In this document: piece by piece, positions 26,159-47,492 of the stretch
Position numbering within the stretch: position 1 is the stretch's first letter
How the letters are laid out: each line of letters starts with the position of its first letter
NCBI GenBank assembly: GCA_002269645.1
Contig: NIVC01000319.1
Location: forward strand, 434,001-498,000
DNA length: 64,000 bases
Origin: Macrostomum lignano
Taxonomy: Eukaryota
Direction: 5' to 3'
Notes under the pieces: generated by a model
Seen by the model: only the letters and a program-made list of their open reading frames with translations
Databases searched by the model: none
Told to the model about the DNA's origin: nothing
Position numbers and translations under genes: made by a program

Positions 26159-29100
26159 ATGCTTGATCGGCATCGAATCATTGGCCTGCTGCGGCTGCTG
26201 CTGCTGCTTCTTCCGCTTCCGGCTGTGCTGGCCCAGTCGGAGACGCAGCTGCTCGACCCGCAGTACTACAACATCGCCCCGTGCCCCTGCGACCTGCAGC
26301 CCAGCACCTGCGACGTCGGCTGCTGCTGCGACACGGCCTGCACGGACAACGATAAGACCCTCTTCGACTGCGCTCAGGGCTTCTACGGCGGAAACACCAG
26401 CTCCCTCGAGCTGTACAGGAGGTGCAACTCAACTGACAGCGGTAATCCGGATTACCACCCCTTCACCTGCGTGCTGATCGAGAATTACAATGCCTACCTG
26501 GGCCGGTATTTCACGGTGCAGACCATCGCCACCGACTGGCAGGCGAAGAGGAGCAGCGGCTCCGCTGCGAGCCTGGCCGGCCAGTTTCCCGTGCAGACCA
26601 TCCTGGGACTGCAGGTGCGTGGTTCGCGCTCCGAATCTCATGAAGATGTATTAGAGATTGCTCTGAGATTGGAATGCATAGTGCACTACCGATTGTATTT
26701 TTGATATTCAAAATTTCAATTGTTTGTCTACTTTGTCTGTAAATCTCGAATGTGTCTGTATAGATCTCGAATGTGTCTGTATAGATCTCGAATGTTTCTG
26801 TATAGATCTCGAATGTTTCTGTATAGATCTCGAATGTTTCTGTATAGATCTCGAATGTGTCTGTATAGATCTCGAATATTCTGTATAGATCTCGAGTGTG
26901 TCTATAGATACTATATACGATATCAATAGACTGTCTGTAGATACCTAGCGACTGTCTGTAGATACCTAGCGACTGTCTGTAGATACCTAGCGACTGTCTG
27001 TAGATACCTAGCGACTGTCTGTAGATACCTAGCGACTGTCTGTAGATACCTAGCGACTGTCTGTAGATACCTAGCGACTGTCTGTAGATACCTAGCGACT
27101 GTCTGTAGATACCTAGCGACTGTCTGTAGATACCTAGCGACTGTCTGTAGATACCTAGCGACTGTCTGTAGATACCTAGCGACTGTCTGTAGATATAGCG
27201 ACTGTCTGTAGATACCTAGCGACTGTCTGTAGATTCATTCACCAGCACGTTCATCCGCCGCGGTTTCCAGGAATCGTCACCAGCCACTGAGCAGCGCGCC
27301 GGCCTGCTGCTGCTGGAGGTGCCGGGCGGCGTCAACCCGACCTGGTTGAACTCCGGCCAGGCCGCCAACAACCGCCTGGCCCTGCGCGCAGCGGAGCCTC
27401 GCTGGCGGCTGCGACCGCAGCGCCGGAATCGCCTACCTGCAGGACTCTTCGGACAGCTGCGACGTTACGGTGTCGGCCGCCGTCTGTCAGGGCGGCGTGG
27501 CCTCGCCAATCGATGCAAACATCTTCGCCATCGCCTGCGCTGGCGCAGCGCCTCCTGCAGCGTGTCGGTGCGCACAAACAGGTCGGCCTCCGCCCAGTCG
27601 GTGCCGGTCACCGTCACCTACCTGACTCTCAGCTCTGCCGTCGGCTATCAGAAAGGCCTGAGGGGCTCAAGTCCCACGACCTCGCCTGGCAGTCTGGCGC
27701 CGCCCAGCCAGACCGGCACCACCTGCAACAACGCCGTTCTGGACGTCCAGTACCGCTTCGTGTGGAGCGGCAGCAGCATCGTCAGCCTGACGGCCACCAT
27801 CTACATGGCGGACGTGACTGTCGACTCGACTGTGTCGCAAAAGTTTAGCGTCACTTTTGTGCACCAATCGGCAGCGTCGTTGGCAACGGTTACTAAGCGC
27901 TCGGGACTGGTAGGATACGACACGGGGGCGCCGCTGATCGGTGGAGTTCGCGGCTCCAGCGGCCCGGTGAGCCGCCGACTAACCAGCTTTGGGGTTTCTT
28001 CTGGGTAGCTGGATGAACAGGCAGCTTGCCTGGTGCAGAGAGTTGTCTCTGATCTGTGGATGATCTGTGAGCCTCAAGGTTCAGAGAGTTGTCTCTGATC
28101 TGTGAAGCGTCAGTGACCTCAAGGTTCGGAGAGTTGTCTCTGATCTGTGAAGCGTCAGTGACCTCAAGCCTCAAGGTTCAGAGAGTTGTCTTTGATCTGT
28201 GAAGCGTCAGTGACCTCAAGCCTCAAGGTTCAGAGAGTTGTCTCTGATCTGTGAAGCGTCAGTGACCTCAAGGTTCGGAGAGTTGTCTCTGATCTGTGAA
28301 GCGTCACTGACCTCAATCCTCAAGGTTCAGAGAGTTGTCTCTGATCTGTGGATAATCAGTGAGCCTCAAGGTTCAGAGAGTTGTCTCTGATCTGTGGATA
28401 ATCAGTGAGCCTCAAGGTTCGGAGAGTTGTCTCTGATCTGTGATGCGTCAGTGAGCCTCAAGGTTCGGAGAGTTGTCTCTGATCTGTGATGCGTCAGTGA
28501 GCCTCAAGGTTCGGAGAGTTGTCTCTGATCTGTGATGCGTCAGTGAGCCTCAAGGTTCGGAGAGTGTCTCTGATCTGTGATGCGTCAGTGAGCCTCAAGG
28601 TTCAGAGAGTTGTCTTTGATCTGTGAAGCGTTAGTGACCTCAAGCCTCAAGGTTCAGAGAGTTGTCTCTGATCTGTGAAGCGTCAGTGACCTCAAGGTTC
28701 AGAGAGTTGTCTCTGATCTGTGAAGCGTCAGTGACCTCAAGGTTCGGAGAGTTGTCTCTGATCTGTGAAGCGTCAGTGACCTCAAGGTTCGGAGAGTTGT
28801 CTCTGATCTGTGAAGCGTCAGTGAGCCTCAAGGTTCAGAGAGTAGTCTCTGATTTGTGAAAAGTCAGTGAATACAGTCTTCGCAGAATACAGGTTTAATA
28901 CAGCATTTTGGTTGATTCAATCTAGGAGGTTTTAGGCAGAACACGCCACAAGTAGTTTTACAGTCGGTTCACACCTGCTGAACTCCCGCAGGTGAACGCC
29001 AGCTCCAGCTATTGGCCAACCCTGTGGCGGGCGACCTCAGGCGGAGCATGTCCCGCTGCCGGAGCCACCGGCGGCGACCCGGTGCTCTTCCAGTTCGACG

Positions 29101-29857
29101 CGACTTCCTACTGCACCGAGACGGTGTCGAACTTTACCAACTGCTTCAGCCTTCGGCAGCAGCTGCAGGCCCGGCTGAGGCAGCAGTTCTCAGCCGGGGT
29201 CATCGGAGTGTTCGGCAGTGCCAACACCACCACCGCCAATGACTGGGTGAGCGCGCTGACCTTTGCGACAGGGACACAGGCTCTGGGGTTGGGTCACTAC
29301 CATAGCCGTCACACCATCGGTAGTGAAATGAGTTTCCCATGAAGACCCTTTCGCAATCGCAGGTGAACATCCTGGAGCAGAACCTCACCGACTACACGGG
29401 TCTGGACTTTGCCATCAGCAACAACAACGTGACCCCCGCTTGGACCGAGATGCCGGACCTGTGCCTCGGCCTGCCCACCGAGATCGTGCTGTCGGTGCTG
29501 TACGCCCAGCAGGGCAAGGCAAACGACTCCAGCATCTGGCAGGTGGTGGGCGCCTACTTGAGCTACAAGCAGGTGCACGTGGCCGCCACCTGCGGGCCGA
29601 CTGGCTGCAGCGGCACCCAGCTGCTGCTGTCCACCGGAGTGAAGTTCGTCCGCGTGCCGCCGGACTGGGCGGACAACAGCCAGGCCGGCCTCGGCCCGTA
29701 CAAGACGCCCTGCTGGTGGGGCATCTGCTGGGACGAGCTGGCCTTCCCGCTCACTACCGACTTTGAGGGCGACAGTCGGGCGTCGAGCATCGCCTGGGTG
29801 CTGTTCATCGTGCTGGTCGCGGTGTACGCCTTCTGCATTTCCCGGCCCTGGTGGTAG
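26159..29857 (+). CDS. Tectonic-family ciliary transition-zone protein; exons 26159-26614, 27271-27966, 28992-29246, 29363-29857
   Basis: Signal peptide, the diagnostic CPCDLQPSTCDVGCCCDTAC, CNNAVLDVQYRF..VSQKFSVTF..KRSGLVGYDTGAPL, and a C-terminal hydrophobic segment. All introns are phase-0 GT-AG. Exon 2 carries a compensated frameshift pair (see findings). The TCTN1/2/3 paralogue cannot be assigned. Confidence 0.92.
26745..27232. repeat. Two adjacent related 21-bp minisatellites in Tectonic intron 1
   Basis: CTCGAATGTGTCTGTATAGAT units (26745-26900), then GACTGTCTGTAGATACCTAGC units (26930-27232). Confidence 0.9.
28040..28860. repeat. Minisatellite, about 45-bp unit, Tectonic intron 2
   Basis: Tandem CTCAAGGTTCAGAGAGTTGTCTCTGATCTGTGAAGCGTCAGTGAC. 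Confidence 0.9.
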
Positions 29858-29894
29858 CTGCCGCCCAGACTGCTGAGCGCGTGCACAGTGAACA

Positions 29895-30430
29895 CAACGA
29901 TGCGGTCCAGCGTCTGTCTGATACCCACCCACCCGAACACAATGATGCGGTCCAGTGTTTGTCTGATACCCACCTACTCGAACACAATGATGCGGTCCAG
30001 TGTTTGTCTGATACCCACCTACTCGAACACAATGATGCGGTCCAGTGTTTGTCTGATACCCACCCACCCGAACACAATGATGCGGTCCAGTGTTTGTCTG
30101 ATACCCACCCACCCGAACACAATGATGCGGTCCAGTGTTTGTCTGATACCCACCCACCCGAACACAATGATGCGGTCCAGTGCCTGTCTGATAGAATACC
30201 CACCCACCCGAACACAATGATGCGGTCCAGTGCCTGTCTGATAGAATACCCACCCACCCGAACACAATGATGCGGTCCAGTGTTTGTCTGATACCCACCC
30301 ACCCGAACACAATGATGCGGTCCAGTGCCTGTCTGATAGAATACCCACCCACCCGAACACAATGATGCGGTCCAGTGTTTGTCTGATACCCACCCACCCG
30401 AACACAATGATGCGGTCCAGCGTCTGTCTG
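29895..30430. repeat. Minisatellite, 45/50-bp unit, just after the Tectonic stop
   Basis: Tandem CCCACCCACCCGAACACAATGATGCGGTCCAGTGTTTGTCTGATA, some units with an extra GAATA. Confidence 0.9.
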
Positions 30431-30849
30431 ATAGATAAAAAATGCTAATTTTCGAATCACTGGCAGAGCCAACTAGTATATAATGTTTACAAAAATTATA
30501 TCATTACTATATCCATTCCTGTGCTACGTTTCAAGGTATTAAGTGTTCTTACGTGATGAGTGCTAAATATGCACTTTAGTTAAGAGACACTGTACTTTAG
30601 TTAGAATTTTATAATCCTTTTTGGGTTTTTTTCTATTTATTTATTGCGTCTGTGTCTGCAGCGAGCTGTTGGTTGGGAAACTGCCAGCTCTGCCTCTGCA
30701 GGCTCATTTCGCAGTTGTAAAGTACACACCGAATTGAACAGCAACTGTGCCAAGTGTCAGGGTAGGGTTCTGCTTTTGCAAAGACAATGGGGAACCGTTT
30801 TAGTTGGGAAATTTATATATTAAGCTATAAACCTGAGTGCGTTTTGTGG

Positions 30850-31280
30850 CTCGAGTGGACACCCTCTCCTAGATCTCCAGGTTGTGGACACCCTCTTCTA
30901 GATCTCCAGGTTCGAGTGGACACCCTCTCCTAGATATTCGGGCTCGAGTGGACACCCTCTCCTAGATATTCGGGCTCGAGTGGACACCCTCTCCTAGATC
31001 TTCGGGCTCGAGTGGACACCCTCTCCTAGATCTTCGGGCTCGAGTGGACACCCTCTCCTAGATCTTCGGGCTCGAGTGGACACCCTCTCCTAGATCTTCG
31101 GGCTCGAGTGGACACCCTCTCCTAGATCTTCGGGCTCGAGTGGACACCCTCTCCTAGATCTTCGGGCTCGAGTGGACACCCTCTCCTAGATCTTCGGGCT
31201 CGAGTGGACACCCTCTCCTAGATCTTCGGGCTCGAGTGGACACCCTCTCCTAGATCTTCGGGCTCGAGTGAACACCCTCT
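30850..31280. repeat. Minisatellite, 32-bp unit
   Basis: Tandem CTCGAGTGGACACCCTCTCCTAGATCTTCGGG. Confidence 0.9.
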
Positions 31281-31436
31281 TAATCTACACAATCAGAAGG
31301 GAGTGCAGCAAGCAGAAGTGCAGAGAAAAACCAGTGTCACCTGAGGCAGCAGCCGCAGTTTGAATTACAACAGAAAAACAGGATTTTCAGTCTCTGGCGC
31401 ATCTCAGGAAAGTGCAAACTGGGAGCGCGAAGCGCC

Positions 31437-40910
<9,474 letters not shown>

Positions 40911-41000
40911 GCTGCTGATAGTGCTGCTTCCGTAGCTCAACGCTGCTCTTCGCTCGGGTTTTCCCTGTCACTTTTTAACCCGCGCGTTGCAAAGCTGGCC

Positions 41001-41036
41001 TGATTGGCCCGCTAATTATCTGAGCAGCGATTGGTC
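41001..41036 (-). promoter_or_regulatory. Two CCAAT boxes upstream of the sGC start codon (candidate promoter)
   Basis: Minus-strand GACCAATC and GGCCAATCA about 28 bp apart, about 90-125 nt upstream of the ATG at 40910. Confidence 0.4.
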
Positions 41037-41565
41037 GCAGCAGCCAGTCAGCAGCAGCAGCAACAGGGCTGCAGCGTGTCATTCGGTTAAAACAGAAAAA
41101 AAACTGATTTGAAAATTGAGCCAGCCGGAGCTCATTAATTTTCCCGCCAGCAGCCAGCATGGAAACGGCGACAGGAAATCGAGGAAGCGGAAAGCTGGAT
41201 TTTAATTTCAGCAGTGAGCACCCTCTCAGTTCATGGACAAGCAGCCCTTCCCAGGCCGCAACAAACAAATCAAGACTTCTGATCGACTGCCTGCATAGCT
41301 TTGATAAATTAGCCAATGCGGGTTAAATGTTCAAGTATAATCGATTTATTTAGTTATACTACTCGAACCATCTTTAATGATGGCTAGCAGGTAACTGTTA
41401 CATGCAGCACTGTATGACTCAAAGGTTATTTAAGGCAAAAGCTTACGAAATAAAATTGCCTGATTCGAATGCATAGAATTTGGTCCTATACTACATGTAG
41501 CTAAAATGCGAGCGGTGTTTCCAGAGTTTTCCATCCGACAGTCGAGTCCAAGCTGCAGCCCGGCA

Positions 41566-44379
41566 TCACTTGTTGTCCCCGCTCTCCGCCGCCTCGGTGG
41601 GATATTTCTCCCGGAAGTAGGCCCGGCTGGCCTCCGGGTCGGGCGCCAGGCCGGCGTCCCCCGAGTTCCAGTCGGCCGGGCAGACCTCGCCGTGCTCGTC
41701 GGTGAACCGGAAGGCCGTCAGCTGGCGGTATAGCTCGCCGACGCTGCGGGACACCTGCGGACAGGCGATGAAGGGTGCCCGAGGGTCAGGGTGCACCGAC
41801 CCGCATCCGGGATACATTTCCCATTCTTGGTTCGGCAAGTCCCCATGCAGATAAAAATACGCCAATCAAGGCGAACCACGAACTCTCACAATCGCACGAG
41901 CTGTCTGCAATTTCCTTGGGTAGCCGATCAACCTTCAAGTAGCCCCGGCCAATTTAATAGATTAATCATTTAACAACAATGAATGACTGAGGCCACTGAT
42001 GAACCGTTCGGTTTGGCAAATTAATGCAAATTTAGCGAGTCTATAGAAACAGAGAACGCTCGGGTGCCCACGCAAGATGAAGCTTGAAGCGATGAGCCAT
42101 GCAATGCACTGTGGGAGGCCCTGCAATATCAGCAAATCCGAGACAACGGCAAGCCTAATCAAGCAGAGCAGGAAGAGTTACCTAGGCTACGGGGTTGTAG
42201 CCTAGTCGTTAGAGCATTGGACTCACGATTGAAGGGTCGGGGGTTCGATTCCCAATCCCACTGGAACAATTTGTGTTCTTGCATTTAACTCTGCATTGCT
42301 TCAGTTCACCCAGCGGTAGAATGGGTGCCGGCATAAGCTGGGGTAATTGAGGATGTGTGTGGCGACCCTCTAATCTGTGGACTGAACAGCCGTACGCAGC
42401 CTTCAGATGCGCCGCGCGCTAGCTGCGGCTGAGCTGTCGGTTGCACATCTGGCCATTAGGGCAGGCGTAATTATTGATAAAAATAATTATTCCTAAATAA
42501 ATGTACTCCTTCATCTACATTCAAGAGTTGGCAATAGTTCACAAAACATATTTTTTAATTCTGCCAAAGCATTTACCAGCAAGGAGTGCAAGTCGTAAAT
42601 AACATATTTTTTCGGCAAGCGCAAAAATATATGAATCATTTTTTATTCTGCGCAGAGACGAAGTCGGGGAGATGAAAAGCACTAACGGCTCAGGTGAGCC
42701 CCGAGTGCTGATCAACAGTAAACACCGGCTTTGCAATCGAATTTCTTTGACAAGCTGCAAGGGATTAGCAGGCGGCAGTCAGGAAATAATGCAGTGATCG
42801 CCGTCAGGCATTTTCCCGAATTCAAGAGAGCTGCAGCGGCCTGAAGCTGCAACTCAAAGGCCTCTGTTTGTTTTGCTGATACTGGACAGACTGCAAAACC
42901 TTCCGGACAAAAGCTGCCATATCCGATTGCAGAAAACTATACGGGTCAACAACTGACGGATAGGCGTTCCACTTGAGCTTGGAGCAATTTATACAGAAGG
43001 CTGGGTAAACACAGGCGTTTATGGCCTTTCAAATGCCAAAGCATTGCTTCAAGACTGCGTGCAACCTTGAAAACGGAAAATAAAAAGCCCCACAAAGTCT
43101 CCTTGCGAAAGAGTGTAATCATGCCAAGAAAGTGCTGCGTTGCAGGATGCAGCCCTAATTATGTCATCAAAGAAAGGTGCATTGTCTTATGGCTTCCCGA
43201 AAGAGGCCAAATGGCCCGGCCGATGCAAGTTACGTAAATAGCCCAAGCCGACTGTCTGACCGTTTGAAAGCAGCTTCTGCTCGCCCCGTTTCTATAAAAA
43301 GCTGTCGATTTTGTTTGTCGTAACGTTTGAATGAATAAACTTGTTAACGTGACAGCATGCAGCTTCAGTTTAACTTTATTGTCAGCCTGGATGCATCAGT
43401 GATGTCTTACATGAAAGTCCAGGCCTCGAGATAAAAAATTACACAAGACGTCATGCACTCTCGTAGCTCCTCACGCCCCAAAGCACCTTTGAACTGAATC
43501 TGGGTGACAATTGGCCATCCAGTTTCTTTCTCTTCTGGAGCGCTGATTGGCTGAATGGAAACTGCCCACTGTACATGTTCGCATAAGCACCGGTTTCCTT
43601 TCTACCCTCCGCTCCACCAACTCTGAGCGTAAACGACCGTTTACCGTATTTGGGACCCTGAGCTCTGTTCTTAATCTTACGTTTTTTTCAGTTTTGCAAG
43701 CGTCCCTGCTAATTCCCAGGGCCCCTTCCCTGCATGTCCGCCTCTGCTAAGCATGGAGAGTAGCTACAACCTTCGAGTTACTGGAGCCCAAGTTCAGTGG
43801 CGCTCTTGTGCAACCATAAAAGTCTCAAACTTTCGTCCGCAAAGTCGCTCCCAAGCCCCTCACCATGGCATCGTTGATGGTGAGCTGGCGCACCACCCCC
43901 TTGTCGTCAAGAATGACGTGGGCTCGGTGCAGCAGCTCCGCCTTGGCGTTCCACACACCGGCGAAGTGGCAGCTGAACCGGCCGGCGCCATCGCAGATGA
44001 CGGGGAACGGCAGTTCCTGCAGGCCGCCGCGGCTGGCCGGCGTGTCCATCCAGCGCTGCACCTGGTCGACGCTGGCGTCCACCACGCCGACAACGTAAGT
44101 CTTGTGCTGATCGTGCAGCTCCTTGACCATGTCCGCTGAGACGGCGTGAAACTCATCGAAAAGGTCGCTGCCAGAGTCGGACAGGCGGTCGACGGCCGGG
44201 CCGTGGGTCGGCAGGAACAGCAGCAGGAGGTAGCTGTGCGACAGGCGGTAGGTGCGAAGGCTCACCTCCTGGAGACTGCCGCCGGCAACCGCGACTGCGG
44301 TGGCGTCTTCCGGGGCGACTTGGCCAACCGAGACGGGCTGGCTGGAGCTGCCGCCGGCCGGTTTGCGATAATTCGACAT
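41566..44379 (-). CDS. Typical 2-Cys peroxiredoxin homologue lacking the peroxidatic Cys (pseudo-peroxidase), 234 aa; exons 44379-43864, 41754-41566
   Basis: VGQVAPE..YLLLLFLP..VVGV..WMDTPASRGGLQELPFPVICD..LHRAHVILDDKGVVRQLTINDAM|VSRSVGELYRQLTAFRFTDEHGEVCPADW..SRAYF aligns to the AhpC/Prx1 family. Phase-0 GT-AG intron, intact ORF with GC-rich third positions. Confidence 0.9.
42191..42490 (+). mobile_element. tRNA-derived SINE, copy 2 (in the peroxiredoxin intron)
   Basis: Colinear with 9383-9692; TAGCCTAGTCG A box, GGTTCGATTCC B box, AT-rich tail. Confidence 0.85.
43121..43220 (+). pseudogene. THAP-domain remnant (P-element-like transposase N-terminus)
   Basis: MPRKCCVAGCSPNY, then after a frameshift KGALSYGFPKEAKW, matching the THAP CxxxxC...FPK...W pattern. 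Confidence 0.5.
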
Positions 44380-46359
44380 TATACGTGCTGTTGTGTAGTC
44401 ACCAGGACTTGCGAGTGTGATCTGTCAGGATATATGCACTTGTAGGTCCTGGTGGCAATTGGCACAAATCCCGAGTCTATGGCCCAAGTAAACTTACCGC
44501 TTTGAAAGTACTTTTTTACGCAGCGAAAGGCAAGCAGAGCAAAAAATGTGATCACGATGTCACGCGCGAGCCTATCTAAACAATCTATTTTTGAGTTAAA
44601 CTGACGAGCTGCACTTTCTACCGCAGCGAATCGGCACGCACAATGTTACATTTGTGCCATACCTCGACAACAGTTATTATAAATAATGTGATGGTAAAGC
44701 TGAGACAAGATGTTTTGGAAGGCTTCCACGCTATCGTGATGCAGAATATTTTTGTTAGGATCAAAGGGAAGAAGAGTGATGGAATTAATTACAGTCTCGA
44801 TTTTCAGCCTCGAAGAAGCGTAGAGCATCGGCAGGTCGGTCGGGAATGGAAATAATTGCTGCATGCAATTCAAGGCAGCAAAAGAAGATCTGTGTTAATC
44901 AAGCTGTTTGCGGGCGTGATAACCAGACCCAATTTGGCATAATTGTTCGAGGCTGTGTTGCTTTTGGTGTCAAAAAAGCATCCTGAGTATGTCTTGATGA
45001 ATGCGCATTTAGATCTCAGTGATGATAAGTGAATGAATTATTGAATCGATATTTCTTGGTTTTTTTCATTGCATGCGGAGGCATCGCCACGGGGGGGGGG
45101 CGCAGGGTCCCCCAGTAAAAGAAATGGAGGGACAAGACAATGCCTTAGACATTTAGACATTTCTTGGGTACCATTTTGAAATGCTCATAACTTTTGGCAG
45201 GTACATTGGTATTGCTGTGAAATTTATGCTTCGAATAAAAACCAGCGTGAAAGAGAATGTGGGTAAAGCTTTAACTTATTTAAACAATCCTGCTGTCCAC
45301 GGTGAACAGAGTCCGGAAACTTTTTTTTCAAATTTTAGCACGGAGTCAAAAAGGACTTGGTGTCAATCAACAACAGGATGAACACTGGCTAATGATCACG
45401 CACTTATTTCGCTTTAATTACTGCATGATCGACAGCTGAGTTAGTTGCATGCCGCATGACGCAGAATAACATCGGTACTGCGAAGACAAAAGGTCGATCT
45501 CAAACTCAAGCTCAGTAGGAGGTCAATCGATCTCAGTGAACACTCTTATAAAAGGATGCTGTGTACCGACTAGCCGACCAGCAGCTCCTTCGGGAGCGGA
45601 TGCATTTGCGGACTGGGGCAGGGATTGTACCGACCGATTCACTGCAGCTTTAATCCACTGTAGCAATCCAAGCAAGATGTGCACAAAAGGACGAAGCTAA
45701 TTTCCTGTTGGTGCAGCTTTAATTCGCTATAATAAAACATTGAGTTGTCCATTGGTGTAATAAAAGTAAGAGTATATTCGCCTCAATGGCACAGGACAAA
45801 GTCCGGGCTGCACAGCCTTACACAGGATGCACTTCTGCGCCGATAATTCTTGTTGACAGTGTCAGAGTGGGCGTTGCACACCTACGCATTAGGGGTTGGC
45901 CCTCTGCAGCAGCGGGAATCGGATAGGCCCCAAGCGATGTCTCCAAGCTTGTATCAAACGAAGAATCCTCTACGAGGAAATTACTCGTAGGAAAACGGAG
46001 CCTAAAGAATTTGTGGACAGGCAAGGCGATGATGGATAACGGGCATGCAGGAAAGTACTGAGCAAACTAAGGATTATCGCGGCATGTTAAGCTGAGTGAC
46101 ACGTTTGATATTAGGAAGCCTTCTTAATTACCCGAACCAATTTACAAGCGATCTTATCAGAACTACCCTTATTTAAACATTTAGAGTTTAATTGCAGAAT
46201 CAGATCAAGGCCGCACTGCCTTACTATAAGCAGTATGAGGCGGTCGATGTTAGTCAACGATTTTAAATCTACACTGTCTCGAAGTCGAATGGCTCATGCT
46301 TTGTAAGTACATCATATTCTCATGGCGCATTAGGGGGCATCCTTCCAGTGTCGTCATGA

Positions 46360-47155
46360 CCCGATTACGGGCGATTCTTCTGATGTTCTCGTGGCGGATT
46401 ACGGGCGATTCTTCTGATGTTCTCGTGGCGGATTACGGGCGATTCTTCTGATGTTCTCGTGGCGGATTAGGGGGGGGGTTCTTCTGATGTTCTCGTGGCG
46501 GATTAGGGTGATTCTTCTGATGTTCTCATGGCGGATTAGGGGCGATTCTTCTGATGTTCTCGTGGCGGATTAGGGGCGATTCTTCTGATGTTCTCGTGGC
46601 GGATTAGGGTGATTCTTCTGATGTTCTCATGGCGGATTAGGGGCGATTCTTCTGATGTTCTCGTGGCGGATTACGGGCGATTCTTCTGATGTTCTCATGG
46701 CGGATTAGGAGCGATTCTTCTGATGTTCTCGTGGCGGATTAGGGTGATTCTTCTGATGTGCTCATGGCGGATTAGGGGCGATTCTTCTGATGTTCTCGTG
46801 GCGGATTAGGGCGATTCTTCTGATGTTCTCATGGCGGATTAGGGGCGATTCTTTTGATGTTCTCGTGGCGGATTACGGGCGATTCTTCTGATGTTCTCAT
46901 GGCGGATTAGGAGCGATTCTTCTGATGTTCTCGTGGCGGATTAGGGTGATTCTTTTGATGTTCTCATGGCGGATTAGGGGCGATTCTTCTGATGTTCTCG
47001 TGGCGGATTAGGTGCGATTCTTCTGATGTTCTCGTGGCGGATTAGGGGCGATTCTTCTGATGTTCTCATGGCGGATTAGGGGCGATTCTTCTGATGTTCT
47101 CATGGCGGATTAGGGGCGATTCTTTTGATGTTCTCGTGGCGGATTAGGGGCGATT
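46360..47155. repeat. Minisatellite, 32-33-bp unit
   Basis: Tandem CGGATTAGGG(G)CGATTCTTCTGATGTTCTCRTGG. Confidence 0.92.
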
Positions 47156-47492
47156 TTTTGTTCTCATAACGGATTCGAGACAATCATTTGCTACTTTCAG
47201 GGTATAAAAGGGTATCCTTTCAATGTTCAAATTAAGGATTAAGGGCAGTTCTCAGCGGACTTTACTTAGGTGACTTGACTTGAAGATGAGCCAACGCAAA
47301 GGAAAATCAATGAAATCAGCAACATCAAAACACGGAGAACAGAAAAAGTATTTCCAGTGAAAGCAACAGCCAAGTGAAACATGGGGCTTCAGCCAATTAG
47401 CATTCAATTATATTGTCCTAACAATTCCAGTCCTGCAAGTTCAGGTGCGGTCTCAGTGAACGCGCACCAAAAGTTGATTGATTTGAACAAAT

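Noticed and set aside
28040-31280. CRISPR-like appearance of 32-50-bp repeats
   Set aside because: The units are head-to-tail with no unique spacers, there are no cas genes, and the context is eukaryotic.
45476-45487. 12-nt match (TACTGCGAAGAC) to my recollection of a flatworm spliced-leader sequence
   Set aside because: The rest of the leader, the donor site and an Sm site are absent, and the reference is from memory. It needs a real search against SL RNA.
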